Below, piece by piece: positions 40,740 to 50,592 of a stretch of 64,000 nucleotides of DNA (its first letter is position 1; each line of letters begins with the position of its first letter). Position numbers and translations under genes: made by a program. The notes under the pieces were generated by a model. That model saw nothing but the letters and a program-made list of their open reading frames with translations, searched no databases and was not told where the DNA came from. The DNA is taken from the IMG/VR virus record IMGVR_UViG_3300020213_000027, positions 15,845 to 79,844 of that record; one strand, given 5' to 3'. The DNA comes from a virus.

Positions 40740-40917
40740 GGGACAAAATTAATGAAAAAACTAACCGAAGAAGATTTTATTCAAGGTCTTGACTATAGCA
40801 ATGTGATGCTAGTTGCTTTTACAAATACAATGGAATCCTGTGAAATTTTAAAGAACAAAAAGATTAAAAAAGCTTATGAAAAAGTAGTAGAAGCAATGGC
40901 TGAATTTTATCAAGTAA

Positions 40918-41736
40918 TTGGTAAAGAAAGTGATAATGATGAGTAAGAAACCTGCTGGACCAAAAGTACTTATATTCGACGTTGAGACAGCTCCAATTTT
41001 AGCTTATGTTTGGAAATTATGGGATAATGACGTTGCTTTAAATCAAATTCATTCTGATTGGCATATCCTTTCCTGGAGTGCAAAATGGTTAGGTTCTTCA
41101 GAAGTTATGTACGCTGATCAAAGAAAAGCAAGAAATATCGAAGATGATAAAGTACTTCTAAAAGGAATTTGGAAACTCTTAAATGAAGCTGATGTAGTGA
41201 TTACTCAAAACGGAAAAAAGTTCGATGTTAAAAAATTAAATGCAAGATTTATTCTTAATGGATTTCAACCACCTAGTTCCTTTAAGCATATTGACACTCT
41301 TGTGATTGCAAAGAAACATTTTGCATTTACTAGCAACAAATTAGCTTATATGACTGACAAGTTAAATACTAAATATAAAAAATTAGATCATAAGAAATTT
41401 GCAGGGTTTGAACTTTGGAAAGAATGCTTAGCTGGAAATATAGATGCTTGGAAAGAAATGGAAACTTATAATAAGCATGATGTGCTATCTTTAGAAGAAC
41501 TTTACTACAAACTTATTCCTTGGGACACAAGTATTAACTTTAATCTTTATACGCATAGTTTACAAAATACTTGTACTTGTGGAGAAACAGAAGTTATTAG
41601 AAATGGATATTGTTACACTCCTACAGGAAGATATCAAAGATACAGATGTAAGAAATGTGGAGCAGAAACTAAGGATAGAAAGAATCTTCTATCTAAAGAA
41701 AAACTTGAATTTTTACGAGTTGGTACAAAACGGTGA
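40918..41736 (+). CDS. RNase H-like/DnaQ-like exonuclease with C-terminal Zn ribbon
   Basis: FDVET, NGKKFD, HIDTL, YNKHDV, CTC...CKKC. Confidence 0.8.
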   Translation: MVKKVIMMSKKPAGPKVLIFDVETAPILAYVWKLWDNDVALNQIHSDWHILSWSAKWLGSSEVMYADQRKARNIEDDKVLLKGIWKLLNEADVVITQNGKKFDVKKLNARFILNGFQPPSSFKHIDTLVIAKKHFAFTSNKLAYMTDKLNTKYKKLDHKKFAGFELWKECLAGNIDAWKEMETYNKHDVLSLEELYYKLIPWDTSINFNLYTHSLQNTCTCGETEVIRNGYCYTPTGRYQRYRCKKCGAETKDRKNLLSKEKLEFLRVGTKR

Positions 41737-42053
41737 AGGCAAAAGATTTTAATAAAATTATTCCTTCTCATGTAAGGATTACTAAAGACATTACCTATGA
41801 AGTCGTCTGGCTTGATGATTTTATTGATAAAAAACAATTAGGTGAATGTCGATATAATGAGAAGCAAATAGTTATCAAGAAAAATCAATCCAATTCAGAG
41901 AGTATGTCGACCTTCATTCATGAGGCTCTACACGCCGTTTCCTTTGAAACTAAAGGTTTGAATCTTACAGAAGGACAAGTGTATAAATTAGAAAGATCTT
42001 TATTTAGAATGCTAAAATTAAATAATATATTTGATTTGTTTGATAGAAAGTAG
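41733..42053 (+). CDS. Small HExxH protein
   Basis: LGEC...TFIHEALHA. Confidence 0.6.
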   Translation: MKAKDFNKIIPSHVRITKDITYEVVWLDDFIDKKQLGECRYNEKQIVIKKNQSNSESMSTFIHEALHAVSFETKGLNLTEGQVYKLERSLFRMLKLNNIFDLFDRK

Positions 42054-43005
42054 TAAAATATTTAATATGAATTCAGAATGTCCTATTTGTAAAACTTTAA
42101 TCATTAATAAACCTTCAATATGGAAAAAACTTAAAGGTTTATCAACGTGCTCAAGAAAATGTCGAGGAGAATACCTTAGAAGTTACTATAGAGGAAATAA
42201 AAATCCCAATAGTAAATATCAAACTAATATTGCTAAGTTTTTTGGTTATAAAACTCTTGAAATACGATCTTCAGCAAAAAAAAGAAAATTAGAATGTAAT
42301 ATAACAGACAATTTCTTAGAATTGCTGTTTAATAAGCAAAATGGTTTATGTTATTATACTAGTGTCCCATTAAAATTGGTATCTAATAAAGAAACTTTTA
42401 AAGGACTTAATCAGCCAGATTTGGATGTACTTTCTGTAGATAGAATTAATAGTAGTTTAGGATATTTAGAAAATAATGTAGTATTAGCTTGTAATGCTGT
42501 TAATAAAATGAAAGGTAGTTCTTCAGAAATTGATTTTAAAAATTTTCTTAATTTTACAAATTTACAAAAAAGTGGGTGTCTTTTACAAGTTAAAAAATTA
42601 ACAAGTGATGCTCTATTACCCCAAAAAAATAAATTGGGGGATGTAGGTTATGATTTATTTGTACATAAAGTTGAAGATTGTGGAACTTATATTAAAGTTT
42701 ATTCGGGGATATCAATTCAGCCTACCATAGGATTTTATTTGCAGATGTACCCTAGATCTTCAATTTACAAAAGAAATTTATTTTTGGCTAATAGTGTTGG
42801 GATATGTGATAATTTATATACTGGAGAATATATGGGTATTTTTTATAAAACAAAAGATTATGATCCAGAAAAAGATATTTTTATTAAAGGTGAAAGATTT
42901 GCCCAAGTTGTAGTAGCTAAATATGAATTAGTAGAAATTGAAGAAGTCAATAGTCTTTGGGAAGGTGGAAGAGGCTCTTTAGGTTTCGGTTCTTCGGGAG
43001 CTTAA
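42031..43005 (+). CDS. dut: HNH-like endonuclease fused to trimeric dUTPase
   Basis: N-terminal CPIC/CSRKC and SVDRINSSLGY...NVVL.C..VN.MK; C-terminal GYDL, PRSS, GICDNLYTGE, RFAQ, RGSLGFGSSG. Confidence 0.85.
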   Translation: MICLIESSKIFNMNSECPICKTLIINKPSIWKKLKGLSTCSRKCRGEYLRSYYRGNKNPNSKYQTNIAKFFGYKTLEIRSSAKKRKLECNITDNFLELLFNKQNGLCYYTSVPLKLVSNKETFKGLNQPDLDVLSVDRINSSLGYLENNVVLACNAVNKMKGSSSEIDFKNFLNFTNLQKSGCLLQVKKLTSDALLPQKNKLGDVGYDLFVHKVEDCGTYIKVYSGISIQPTIGFYLQMYPRSSIYKRNLFLANSVGICDNLYTGEYMGIFYKTKDYDPEKDIFIKGERFAQVVVAKYELVEIEEVNSLWEGGRGSLGFGSSGA

Positions 43006-43285
43006 TGTGGCTAAATCTAAAGGTAAAAGTGAAGTTGAAGAACTAAAAGGATTAGTTAGGTCTTTGCAAAAAGAGGTCAAACGCACTAAAAAGAGACAAC
43101 ATCTTTATGAAGATCTAGAAATTAAACAAGCTGAAGAAATGATTAAAGAAGAGATCGAAGAAAAACAAACACTTAAAGATGAGCGATGCCCAAAATGTCA
43201 GGGAAATCTTGAAATAATTGATGGAGCTCGGATTAAAGTATTTTTCTGCTCAGATTGTGATTATCGAAAAAGTAAACGTGTATAA

Positions 43286-43672
43286 ATGGCTAAAAAATTT
43301 AATAGAGATGCATGGCTTATGCACCAACTTCGTAGGCTATCCTTAAAATACCCGCCACGTATTAGAGCCCTTAATAAGACAAAGACTACTTATTATATCA
43401 CCTCTAAAAAAGGTACACAAGTTAAACGTGTTTCCTTTACTTGTGAATCTTGTGGAAAGTCTGGACTAAAGAGTACAGAAAAACAGATGGATCATCACCA
43501 TCCCGTTTCTGATGAAAGAGGGTTTGTTGATTGGAATTTGTTTCTCATAAATCTTTTCTGTGAAGAAGATAACTGGTGTACCCTTTGCATACCTTGCCAT
43601 GAAAAGAAAACTTTAGAAGAAAATACTGAAAGATTTCTTTTCAATAAAAAAACAGTTGACAAAACTAAATAG
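43286..43672 (+). CDS. HNH endonuclease
   Basis: CESC, MDHHHP, NWCTLCIPCHEKKT. Confidence 0.8.
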   Translation: MAKKFNRDAWLMHQLRRLSLKYPPRIRALNKTKTTYYITSKKGTQVKRVSFTCESCGKSGLKSTEKQMDHHHPVSDERGFVDWNLFLINLFCEEDNWCTLCIPCHEKKTLEENTERFLFNKKTVDKTK

Positions 43673-43684
43673 ATCTTATATACT
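43656..43684 (+). promoter_or_regulatory. sigma70-type promoter
   Basis: TTGACA-17 bp-TATACT. Confidence 0.55.
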
Positions 43685-43690
43685 ATTTAC

Positions 43691-43975
43691 ATGATCGAAA
43701 AGCTTAAATTACTTTTTCAAAAATTAAATGAAAAAGGCATACCAATCCCATTATTGACAGATCCACGAACTAAAATAGGAAGTGTTTCTCTAACTATGTT
43801 AGTGATATCATTCAATATTGTTTTAATAGGATTAGTTGGTAAATGGTCAAAATATTTAGATATTGATTTACAGCAAGCTATTTATTGGTTTATGGTTTGT
43901 TCTGGTCTTTACTTTGGAAGAGCTGTTTCTAAGAATGGCAATAATACTCAATTAGATAATAAGGAAATTAAATGA
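43691..43975 (+). CDS. Holin-like two-TM protein
   Basis: Two TM segments, YFGR, charged tail. Confidence 0.5.
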   Translation: MIEKLKLLFQKLNEKGIPIPLLTDPRTKIGSVSLTMLVISFNIVLIGLVGKWSKYLDIDLQQAIYWFMVCSGLYFGRAVSKNGNNTQLDNKEIK

Positions 43976-44730
43976 ATTTTAAGATATTAAGTTTTGTTGG
44001 TGTAAGTGTGTTGGCAATGGTAACTAGTGTGGGTTGGATGTTTAATAATGTAGCAACTAGTAAAGAAGTGCTTATTCCTTCTACAAACCTTGAAAACAAA
44101 GTTATAAAACTCCAACCAGTTCCTTCTAACAACAGTTCTGTGTTACGTCTAAATCTTCTTTCAGAACAAGTTGTCCAACTTAAAGGACCTATTTTTGAAA
44201 ATGCAGAATTTGTAGTTGAAGAGCTAAAACAAAAAGCCAAGACCCAAAAGGAACTATTTCTTTTGATTGATAGTCCTGGAGGTAGTGTGATGGCTGGAGC
44301 AATGATCCTATCAGCAATGGAGGCATCACCTGCATTAGTCCATACTGTTTGTATGGGACTTTGTGCAAGTATGGCTTTTGTTATTCATCAATATGGACAC
44401 TCAAGACTAGCTCTTAATAGAGCTATTCTTATGGCACATCCAGCTGCTGGAGGAGTAGAAGGAACACTTGGGCAAATGAGTGCTAGACTATCTACTATTA
44501 CTAGATATGTAGATAAAATGGATGCACATATTGCTAAACGAGCTAAGATTAGTTTTGAAGACTTTAAAGCTCTTACTGTATCTGAATTTTGGATTGATTC
44601 AGAAGATGCCCTTGAAAAACATTTTCTTGATAAAATTGTAGATATTAATGTTGATGCCTCTGGTACGGTATTTATTATGAAACAACAATCAGATGACAAT
44701 CTTTATAAACATATGGATTTGGTTTGGTAA
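43972..44730 (+). CDS. ClpP-like serine protease with N-terminal signal/anchor
   Basis: IDSPGGSV, CASMA, LMAH, hydrophobic N-terminus. Confidence 0.8.
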   Translation: MNFKILSFVGVSVLAMVTSVGWMFNNVATSKEVLIPSTNLENKVIKLQPVPSNNSSVLRLNLLSEQVVQLKGPIFENAEFVVEELKQKAKTQKELFLLIDSPGGSVMAGAMILSAMEASPALVHTVCMGLCASMAFVIHQYGHSRLALNRAILMAHPAAGGVEGTLGQMSARLSTITRYVDKMDAHIAKRAKISFEDFKALTVSEFWIDSEDALEKHFLDKIVDINVDASGTVFIMKQQSDDNLYKHMDLVW

Positions 44731-45384
44731 ATGATAAAGAGAATTTTGTTCTACACACTCCTAATAACCATTGGCTTTATTTCTTTTGCTCCTCATAAAA
44801 AGCAGGTGGTATCTCCAGATCTAAATATTGCATTTGGGCTAAAGTTTAATAATAGGGGTTTTTATCCCATAGTTAGATTAGTAGATCCTATATTAAAATA
44901 TAGTTGTACAGCTTTTATTATCGATACAAATTATGCAATAACAGCTGCTCATTGTTTAAATTCTCAAGGATCATTACCTACCCATGATTTACAAGTATTT
45001 TTGAATCAAACTAATCAATATGTTCCAGTAAGAGCTATGGGATATGATGAAGATTTAGATACTGGTCTTGTTATGGGAGACTTTCATTTATTTAGATCGC
45101 TAAATACAGACTTTAAAAATGAGATGGATGATTCTTCTGATTTTTTAGCTTGTGGCTATCCAAGAAATCAAAAAAGAATGATTTGTAATAAATTTACACC
45201 AGAAACTAGATCTTTTGATATAGTTAAAGGTAGAGGACAATTTTATCATGGTATGTCTGGTGGTCCAGTTATTAACACTTACACAAATAAGGTAATAGGA
45301 ATAGTCGATGCAATGGATGGAGAAGGCTATGCTTATGTAGTTCCTCTTCAAGCATTCTTTGGTATATTTCCTCAAATTGAATGA
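44731..45384 (+). CDS. Trypsin-like serine protease with signal/anchor
   Basis: TAAHC, D, GMSGGP. Confidence 0.85.
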   Translation: MIKRILFYTLLITIGFISFAPHKKQVVSPDLNIAFGLKFNNRGFYPIVRLVDPILKYSCTAFIIDTNYAITAAHCLNSQGSLPTHDLQVFLNQTNQYVPVRAMGYDEDLDTGLVMGDFHLFRSLNTDFKNEMDDSSDFLACGYPRNQKRMICNKFTPETRSFDIVKGRGQFYHGMSGGPVINTYTNKVIGIVDAMDGEGYAYVVPLQAFFGIFPQIE

Positions 45385-45806
45385 ATATTGAACAAAATAC
45401 AATTGAAGTTAATAAGATTATAAAAAATTTAAATGATCATCTGATTAAAGATAGTTTTAATAAATCCGGTCATGCGGTGCGGTATAATTTTTGGATTAGT
45501 GATATTTTTTATACCATAGAGCCTAACGTGAGGTATCTATTAATAAATATACCTTATACAGTCTTTCTTAGACAAACTTGGCAATCTACATTATTAGCTC
45601 AATTTGAAATGGGTATAAATAAACTAAAGAAAAAATTGAAATTAGAATCTAATAAATATATAGGTAATATTTATATTACTCAGATTTTTATCTCACCAAA
45701 TTATAATGGGATAGAATGTAGCATTATTGCTAGAGCTGAAGATATATCTAAATTATTAGATAACGAAAAATTTAAAAACAAATTAGAGGATCTTATAAAT
45801 GAATGA
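45381..45806 (+). CDS. Hypothetical protein with C-terminal FxxKL motif
   Basis: Ends FKNKLEDLINE. Confidence 0.55.
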   Translation: MNIEQNTIEVNKIIKNLNDHLIKDSFNKSGHAVRYNFWISDIFYTIEPNVRYLLINIPYTVFLRQTWQSTLLAQFEMGINKLKKKLKLESNKYIGNIYITQIFISPNYNGIECSIIARAEDISKLLDNEKFKNKLEDLINE

Positions 45807-46293
45807 AGTATTGAAAAAAGGACTAATTATTATTAGTTTGGTAGGAATTGGTGTTGCAGCTGGCAGGTTTGCAGCACCAACCAAAACTATTGAAAAAGAA
45901 GTTATTAAAGAAGTAGAGAAGATTGTAGAAAAAAGAATAATCGTAAAAGATACTTCTGAGAAAAAGAACAAAGTTACAGTAAGGTTAGTAACTATCCATC
46001 CTGATGGTACTAAAACTATTGAAACACGAATTACTGATAAAAGTGAGATTGAAGTCACACAAAACGAGAATTCTACTAAAACAGATGATAAATCTCTTGA
46101 CAAGTCAATTGAAAAAGTGGTAGAGTATAGTAAAGATGATTACTATCTTGGTTTAGGAATTAAGACTAATTTGACTACTGGTGGACTTGCCTATGGACTT
46201 CATGCCCAACGTAGAATTTTAGGACCTATTCACCTAGGCATCTTTGGATATAGTGATCTATCTCTTGGAGCAAATGCTGGCATAAGTTTTTAA
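45799..46293 (+). CDS. Spanin-like envelope protein (N-terminal TM, C-terminal beta-strands ending in Phe)
   Basis: TM, charged linker, four Gly/aromatic strands, ...AGISF. Confidence 0.5.
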   Translation: MNEVLKKGLIIISLVGIGVAAGRFAAPTKTIEKEVIKEVEKIVEKRIIVKDTSEKKNKVTVRLVTIHPDGTKTIETRITDKSEIEVTQNENSTKTDDKSLDKSIEKVVEYSKDDYYLGLGIKTNLTTGGLAYGLHAQRRILGPIHLGIFGYSDLSLGANAGISF

Positions 46294-46618
46294 TGAAAAT
46301 ATCTATATCTGACTTAATAAAAATAGCTAACGAAGACAAGGATGAATTATCCTATAATAGAATCACTACAAGTAATGATGTATTTAGATTTGTATTAGCT
46401 ATGGATATTAGAGAAGGTAAGCACAAAGTAAGAACTACATTTATTTATAAAGCTTATAAATCTTGGAGTTTAAAACCTTACCCTAAGATTTCTTTTTTTA
46501 CGTATTTTTCAAGTATATTTCGTAATAATAGAATATCTGATGATAAAAGATATTATGAGCTAAATTATACTGCAGTAAAACTTTTAAATAAAATTGATAA
46601 TTTAAAGATAAGGATAAA

Positions 46619-46810
46619 ATGAGCACACTAGCTGAAATATTTAGAGAAATCTATTATGATCCAATTGATAAGCTTATTGGCTATAATTGGATTGATTTAG
46701 AAGGAAACGATTTTAAATTTGAGTCGGAAATGGAAAGAGATAATTATATAAAATTATATTATCACAATAAGAAATTTAATAAAAAACTAGAGGATATTAT
46801 AAATGAGTAA
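46619..46810 (+). CDS. Hypothetical protein with C-terminal FxxKL motif
   Basis: Ends FNKKLEDIINE. Confidence 0.55.
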   Translation: MSTLAEIFREIYYDPIDKLIGYNWIDLEGNDFKFESEMERDNYIKLYYHNKKFNKKLEDIINE

Positions 46811-47238
46811 AAAGAAATATATGGGATTTTCAAAGAGAAGTGATTTAAAGATTAGACAAGAACTTTATGATCAAGATTATATTGATAAGCTAACAGATAC
46901 TGAAAAGCTGTTGGCTTAGTAATTTTAATCTAGAATATATTAGCGGTAATTTCGACCATCCTGGTAAACGCTTACATAAAAAGAAACTTAAAGTTAAAAA
47001 GATAGTTTCTACAGGAAAAAAGAAAACAATTGATATTGGTAAAAAAGATGTCAATGATAGAAATAATGCTAGAAATAGAGATGCATTTTCAATTTCTAAA
47101 GCTAGAAGAACTTTAGATGGCGAGAAAGAAATTAATAAAGGTTCGAATAATCTTAAGCATAGCAAGCCAGACGATATGGAAAATTATTTAATAACTTTGA
47201 TTGATTTAAAAGCTAACGGAAAAATTCAATTGTCTTAA
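46803..47238 (+). pseudogene. Basic protein of about 144 aa interrupted by a 1-nt insertion near 46911
   Basis: MSKKKY...DYIDKLTDTEKL, continuing WLSNFNLEY...RNNARNRD in the +1 frame; span is 435+1 nt. Confidence 0.55.
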
Positions 47239-47509
47239 TAACAGCTTCAACAAATCCAGCTAACATTGCTAAAAAACCCACTAGTTTTAAAGCTCCGTTA
47301 ATCATTTTAACATGAGTTTCTATAGGTTTGATTTGTTCTCTAAGAAGAGCTATATTTTCCTCTGCTAATTCTGTTCGATAAATATGATGAAAAATATCAG
47401 AAGCTTGTTTGGTTAACGTAGTACTTTGTTGATCCATCTTTAAATCTAAAGAGTCAACTTTTTGTTCAATTTTATCAATTGAGTTTTTTAACCAATCTGA
47501 ATTGTCCAT
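47213..47509 (-). CDS. Coiled-coil plus C-terminal TM protein (XhlA/holin-like)
   Basis: Coiled coil followed by one TM; last gene of the structural operon. Confidence 0.5.
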   Translation of the reverse strand: MDNSDWLKNSIDKIEQKVDSLDLKMDQQSTTLTKQASDIFHHIYRTELAEENIALLREQIKPIETHVKMINGALKLVGFLAMLAGFVEAVIKTIEFFR

Positions 47510-47512
47510 ATA

Positions 47513-49108
47513 TTATTCTTTTTTAGATGATATATCTTTCATTAATTCGCGGTATTTGCTATTTTGCATTAAACTAAAAATAATAGCGTTTCTGCCAATT
47601 TCATCTTTTTCAGATGCTTCTACTAACATTCGCCCTAGTTGAGTTTTAAGTGCGTCATCACTTTGGACAAGACTTTCACCAACTGATTTAAGAGCTTCAG
47701 GAGCTGAAGTAAATGCTTTATTTACACTTCTAAGCACATCAGCAGTTTTCTTATATCCTGTTGCTGCAATTGAATTTCCATAAGTCTTTGCTAACTTATT
47801 AATTCCAGCTGCCGCCATTCCTGTAGGAGTACCATGTAATGCAGCCGCGCCTATGCCAGCCATATAATCAGTAATACCAAAATCTCTATTGGTAACTTCA
47901 GAAGCGGTTTTACCAACTAGAGCATTTTTAGCATCTTTGGCAGTTCTATACATATCTTTAGCTTGAACATATTTATTTAATAAATCAGAACTGTTTGTGG
48001 CTTTTGTAACTGCATCTGCTGACTGTTCAATTTCATTATTAACAACACTACGAACTTGTCCCATTAGTTGGTCTTCTAATTTGCCAGTTTCTCCATAAGA
48101 ACTTTGACTTATTAATTGTTTAAGACGAGCAGCTTTAGTAAAATCTATAGGCTCATTTCCAAACTTATTAACTGTATCAATAGCTTTTTGAAGCTTGTTG
48201 TATTCAGATTCATAAAGAGGAACAATTTCACCATTTTCAGTAAATTTATTTTGAAGTTCTTCTATCTTTTTAGCAATATTTGAGGGGTTTACAAATTTAG
48301 ATTTAATATCTGGATTGTCAATTGAGTATTTAGTATCAATTTCTTTTAGTACGTTCCCAATTGTTTCCCCTGAGGTTTTTTCTAAACTTTCAACTCTTTC
48401 TAACATCACATCTGGACTAGCAAAAGGAGTAACTATAGGCTTCTCTTGAAACTCGCTTTTCTTTAATAAGTTCTTACCTTGTTCAACTAATCTATCAGTT
48501 TTAATTAGGTCTTTAACTTGACCTTTAGTAGGTCCTGTAGCAGCCACAGCACGCTTTGCAGCAGCTGTTTCTAAGGCTTCAGGTGCAGAGCCTAAAGCTC
48601 CCATAAGCTTGCCAACCACGCCTCCTGTAGCTCCTCCAAAGGCAGCTCCAGTAGCAGTGTCTCGTAATGCAGGTAGAATTTCACCTTTAGTTAAATCGGC
48701 TTCTGAACTAGCAAGTCCAGCAGCTCCACCTAATAAAGCTCCAGCTTTAATTGCACTCATTTCTGGCAATAAAGCCGAACTAGCTAATCCACCTACAACA
48801 TTTCCTGCCATATAGGATTTAGGGTTGGCTTCTTCAGCTTGTTTAAATTCGCCTTTAGAAGCATCTCTATATTTACGATAAAGTTCTAAAAGTTGCTCAG
48901 GATCAGTTAGATTGCCTCCAACAGCAGCTTGAGCAGCTCCAGAGATTTGGGGAGCAAAACCTAAAGTAGCACCTTGAGCAGCACCTCTAGCTAGTGATTC
49001 AAGTTCAGATGGTAATTCTTTAGTCATCTTAGAAGCTAAATAAGCATCAGGATTGAATTCACTATTTGCTTGTTTAGAAGCTAAGTATTTATCAGGATCA
49101 AAGGCCAT
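47513..49108 (-). CDS. Internal virion/ejection protein
   Basis: FDPDKYLA repeats, RGAAQGATLGF, Ala/Gly-rich. Confidence 0.6.
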   Translation of the reverse strand: MAFDPDKYLASKQANSEFNPDAYLASKMTKELPSELESLARGAAQGATLGFAPQISGAAQAAVGGNLTDPEQLLELYRKYRDASKGEFKQAEEANPKSYMAGNVVGGLASSALLPEMSAIKAGALLGGAAGLASSEADLTKGEILPALRDTATGAAFGGATGGVVGKLMGALGSAPEALETAAAKRAVAATGPTKGQVKDLIKTDRLVEQGKNLLKKSEFQEKPIVTPFASPDVMLERVESLEKTSGETIGNVLKEIDTKYSIDNPDIKSKFVNPSNIAKKIEELQNKFTENGEIVPLYESEYNKLQKAIDTVNKFGNEPIDFTKAARLKQLISQSSYGETGKLEDQLMGQVRSVVNNEIEQSADAVTKATNSSDLLNKYVQAKDMYRTAKDAKNALVGKTASEVTNRDFGITDYMAGIGAAALHGTPTGMAAAGINKLAKTYGNSIAATGYKKTADVLRSVNKAFTSAPEALKSVGESLVQSDDALKTQLGRMLVEASEKDEIGRNAIIFSLMQNSKYRELMKDISSKKE

Positions 49109-49110
49109 GA

Positions 49111-50592
49111 TTACATCCCATGCATCTTAAGAATTTGTTGTGCTCTTAGATCATCTTTATTAGACTTAGCCCATTCAACAGCTTGTTGATCTTCACTAGT
49201 TAATTTAGGAGCTTCTGCTTGTTTCTTAGGAGCAACATACTGACCTTTAAATCCCTGTTGTTTTTCCATTTCTTTAATAGTATCTGGATCTAAACCAGTT
49301 TGAGTAGCTAAAGAATTATAAAAATCATCAGGAGATTTTTGTTTTAGTTTGTTATGAGTTCCATAAGCTTTTTTAAATTGGGCTTGAATAATCTGTTGTT
49401 GAGCAACTTCTTTTTCTCGTTTAGTAGTATCTTCAAACATTTTAATAAAAGCTTGTTGACCTTGTCCTTGAGGAGATCCAGTAACCCATTCAGCAATGGA
49501 TGTAGCACTTCCTCTAGCAGTATGAGGAACCAACTCATTAATTTGATTTACAGCTGTTTGACTACCATTTGTTAACATAGCAGCTACAGATGTCGCTAAT
49601 TCTCGAGTTTGAATCTTAGGAATATTGCCATCAGGAAACTGTTGCAATAGAGCTTCAATACGTCCAGCAGCATTAACTTTTCCTTGATTTTTGCCCATTT
49701 CACCAGATCTAAATTTATTAGGATCTAAATCTTCACCCATTTTACTAGCGAGCTTAGTGATCTCTTGATCTCTTTGAGTTCCTAATTTTTCTTGTTTTTG
49801 TAAAGATGCCGCATCTGTTTGAATGCGTCTATTTGCCATAGTTTCAATACCTGGCATAATTTTTTCTAGATTACTCATAGAAATATTATCTGGAATAGGT
49901 ATATTAAGTTTAGCATTTTGAGCTGCAGCTTGAGCTAGTTGTCTACCAATTTTAGAGATATCACTAGTTGGATCTTCTTTAGCCAATTCATTTTTAAGTT
50001 GTTCTTGAATAGATCTAGTTTTAATTTTTTCTTGTATTAACTTTTGTTTATTCTGAACATCTTCAACTGGTTGTTGGGCTTGTTTCATTTGTTGTTGATA
50101 AAATTCTTCATCAGCTCCTCTATTTTTAGCAAGAGGAGTAAATGCTCCACCAAGAATTTGTCCTGATCTAACAATATTAGCATACATTTGTCTTCTGTCT
50201 CTTTCCTCTTGGGCATCTGATAATTCTTTATCTGATCCACCTAGAAGAGCAGAAAGAGCTTCAGCAACACTAGGCTTCTTTTCTTTCTTTTGATCTTTTA
50301 TAATATCTATTGCTTGTGGAAGAGTAGTAGCAGACTTAACTGGAGTTTTTCCAGTTGCTTTATCTTTTATGTCTTTTAATCTAGCTAGTTCTGAAGATGT
50401 AGAAGATTCCTCCGATACTGGAGCTTCTTCGGATTTAAACTGAGGAAGTTGAACAGTTTGATCATCTAAACCAGCTTGTTGTTTTTGCTGCTCTTGTGCT
50501 ATTAAATCGTATATACTAGCTCGGTTTTTTTGCTGACCTTGTTTTATTAAATCTTCTAATTTAGTTTGATCTTCATCATTTAAATAAGGCAT
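49111..50592 (-). CDS. Internal virion/ejection protein
   Basis: Gln-rich helical protein in the podovirus ejection-gene position. Confidence 0.5.
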   Translation of the reverse strand: MPYLNDEDQTKLEDLIKQGQQKNRASIYDLIAQEQQKQQAGLDDQTVQLPQFKSEEAPVSEESSTSSELARLKDIKDKATGKTPVKSATTLPQAIDIIKDQKKEKKPSVAEALSALLGGSDKELSDAQEERDRRQMYANIVRSGQILGGAFTPLAKNRGADEEFYQQQMKQAQQPVEDVQNKQKLIQEKIKTRSIQEQLKNELAKEDPTSDISKIGRQLAQAAAQNAKLNIPIPDNISMSNLEKIMPGIETMANRRIQTDAASLQKQEKLGTQRDQEITKLASKMGEDLDPNKFRSGEMGKNQGKVNAAGRIEALLQQFPDGNIPKIQTRELATSVAAMLTNGSQTAVNQINELVPHTARGSATSIAEWVTGSPQGQGQQAFIKMFEDTTKREKEVAQQQIIQAQFKKAYGTHNKLKQKSPDDFYNSLATQTGLDPDTIKEMEKQQGFKGQYVAPKKQAEAPKLTSEDQQAVEWAKSNKDDLRAQQILKMHGM

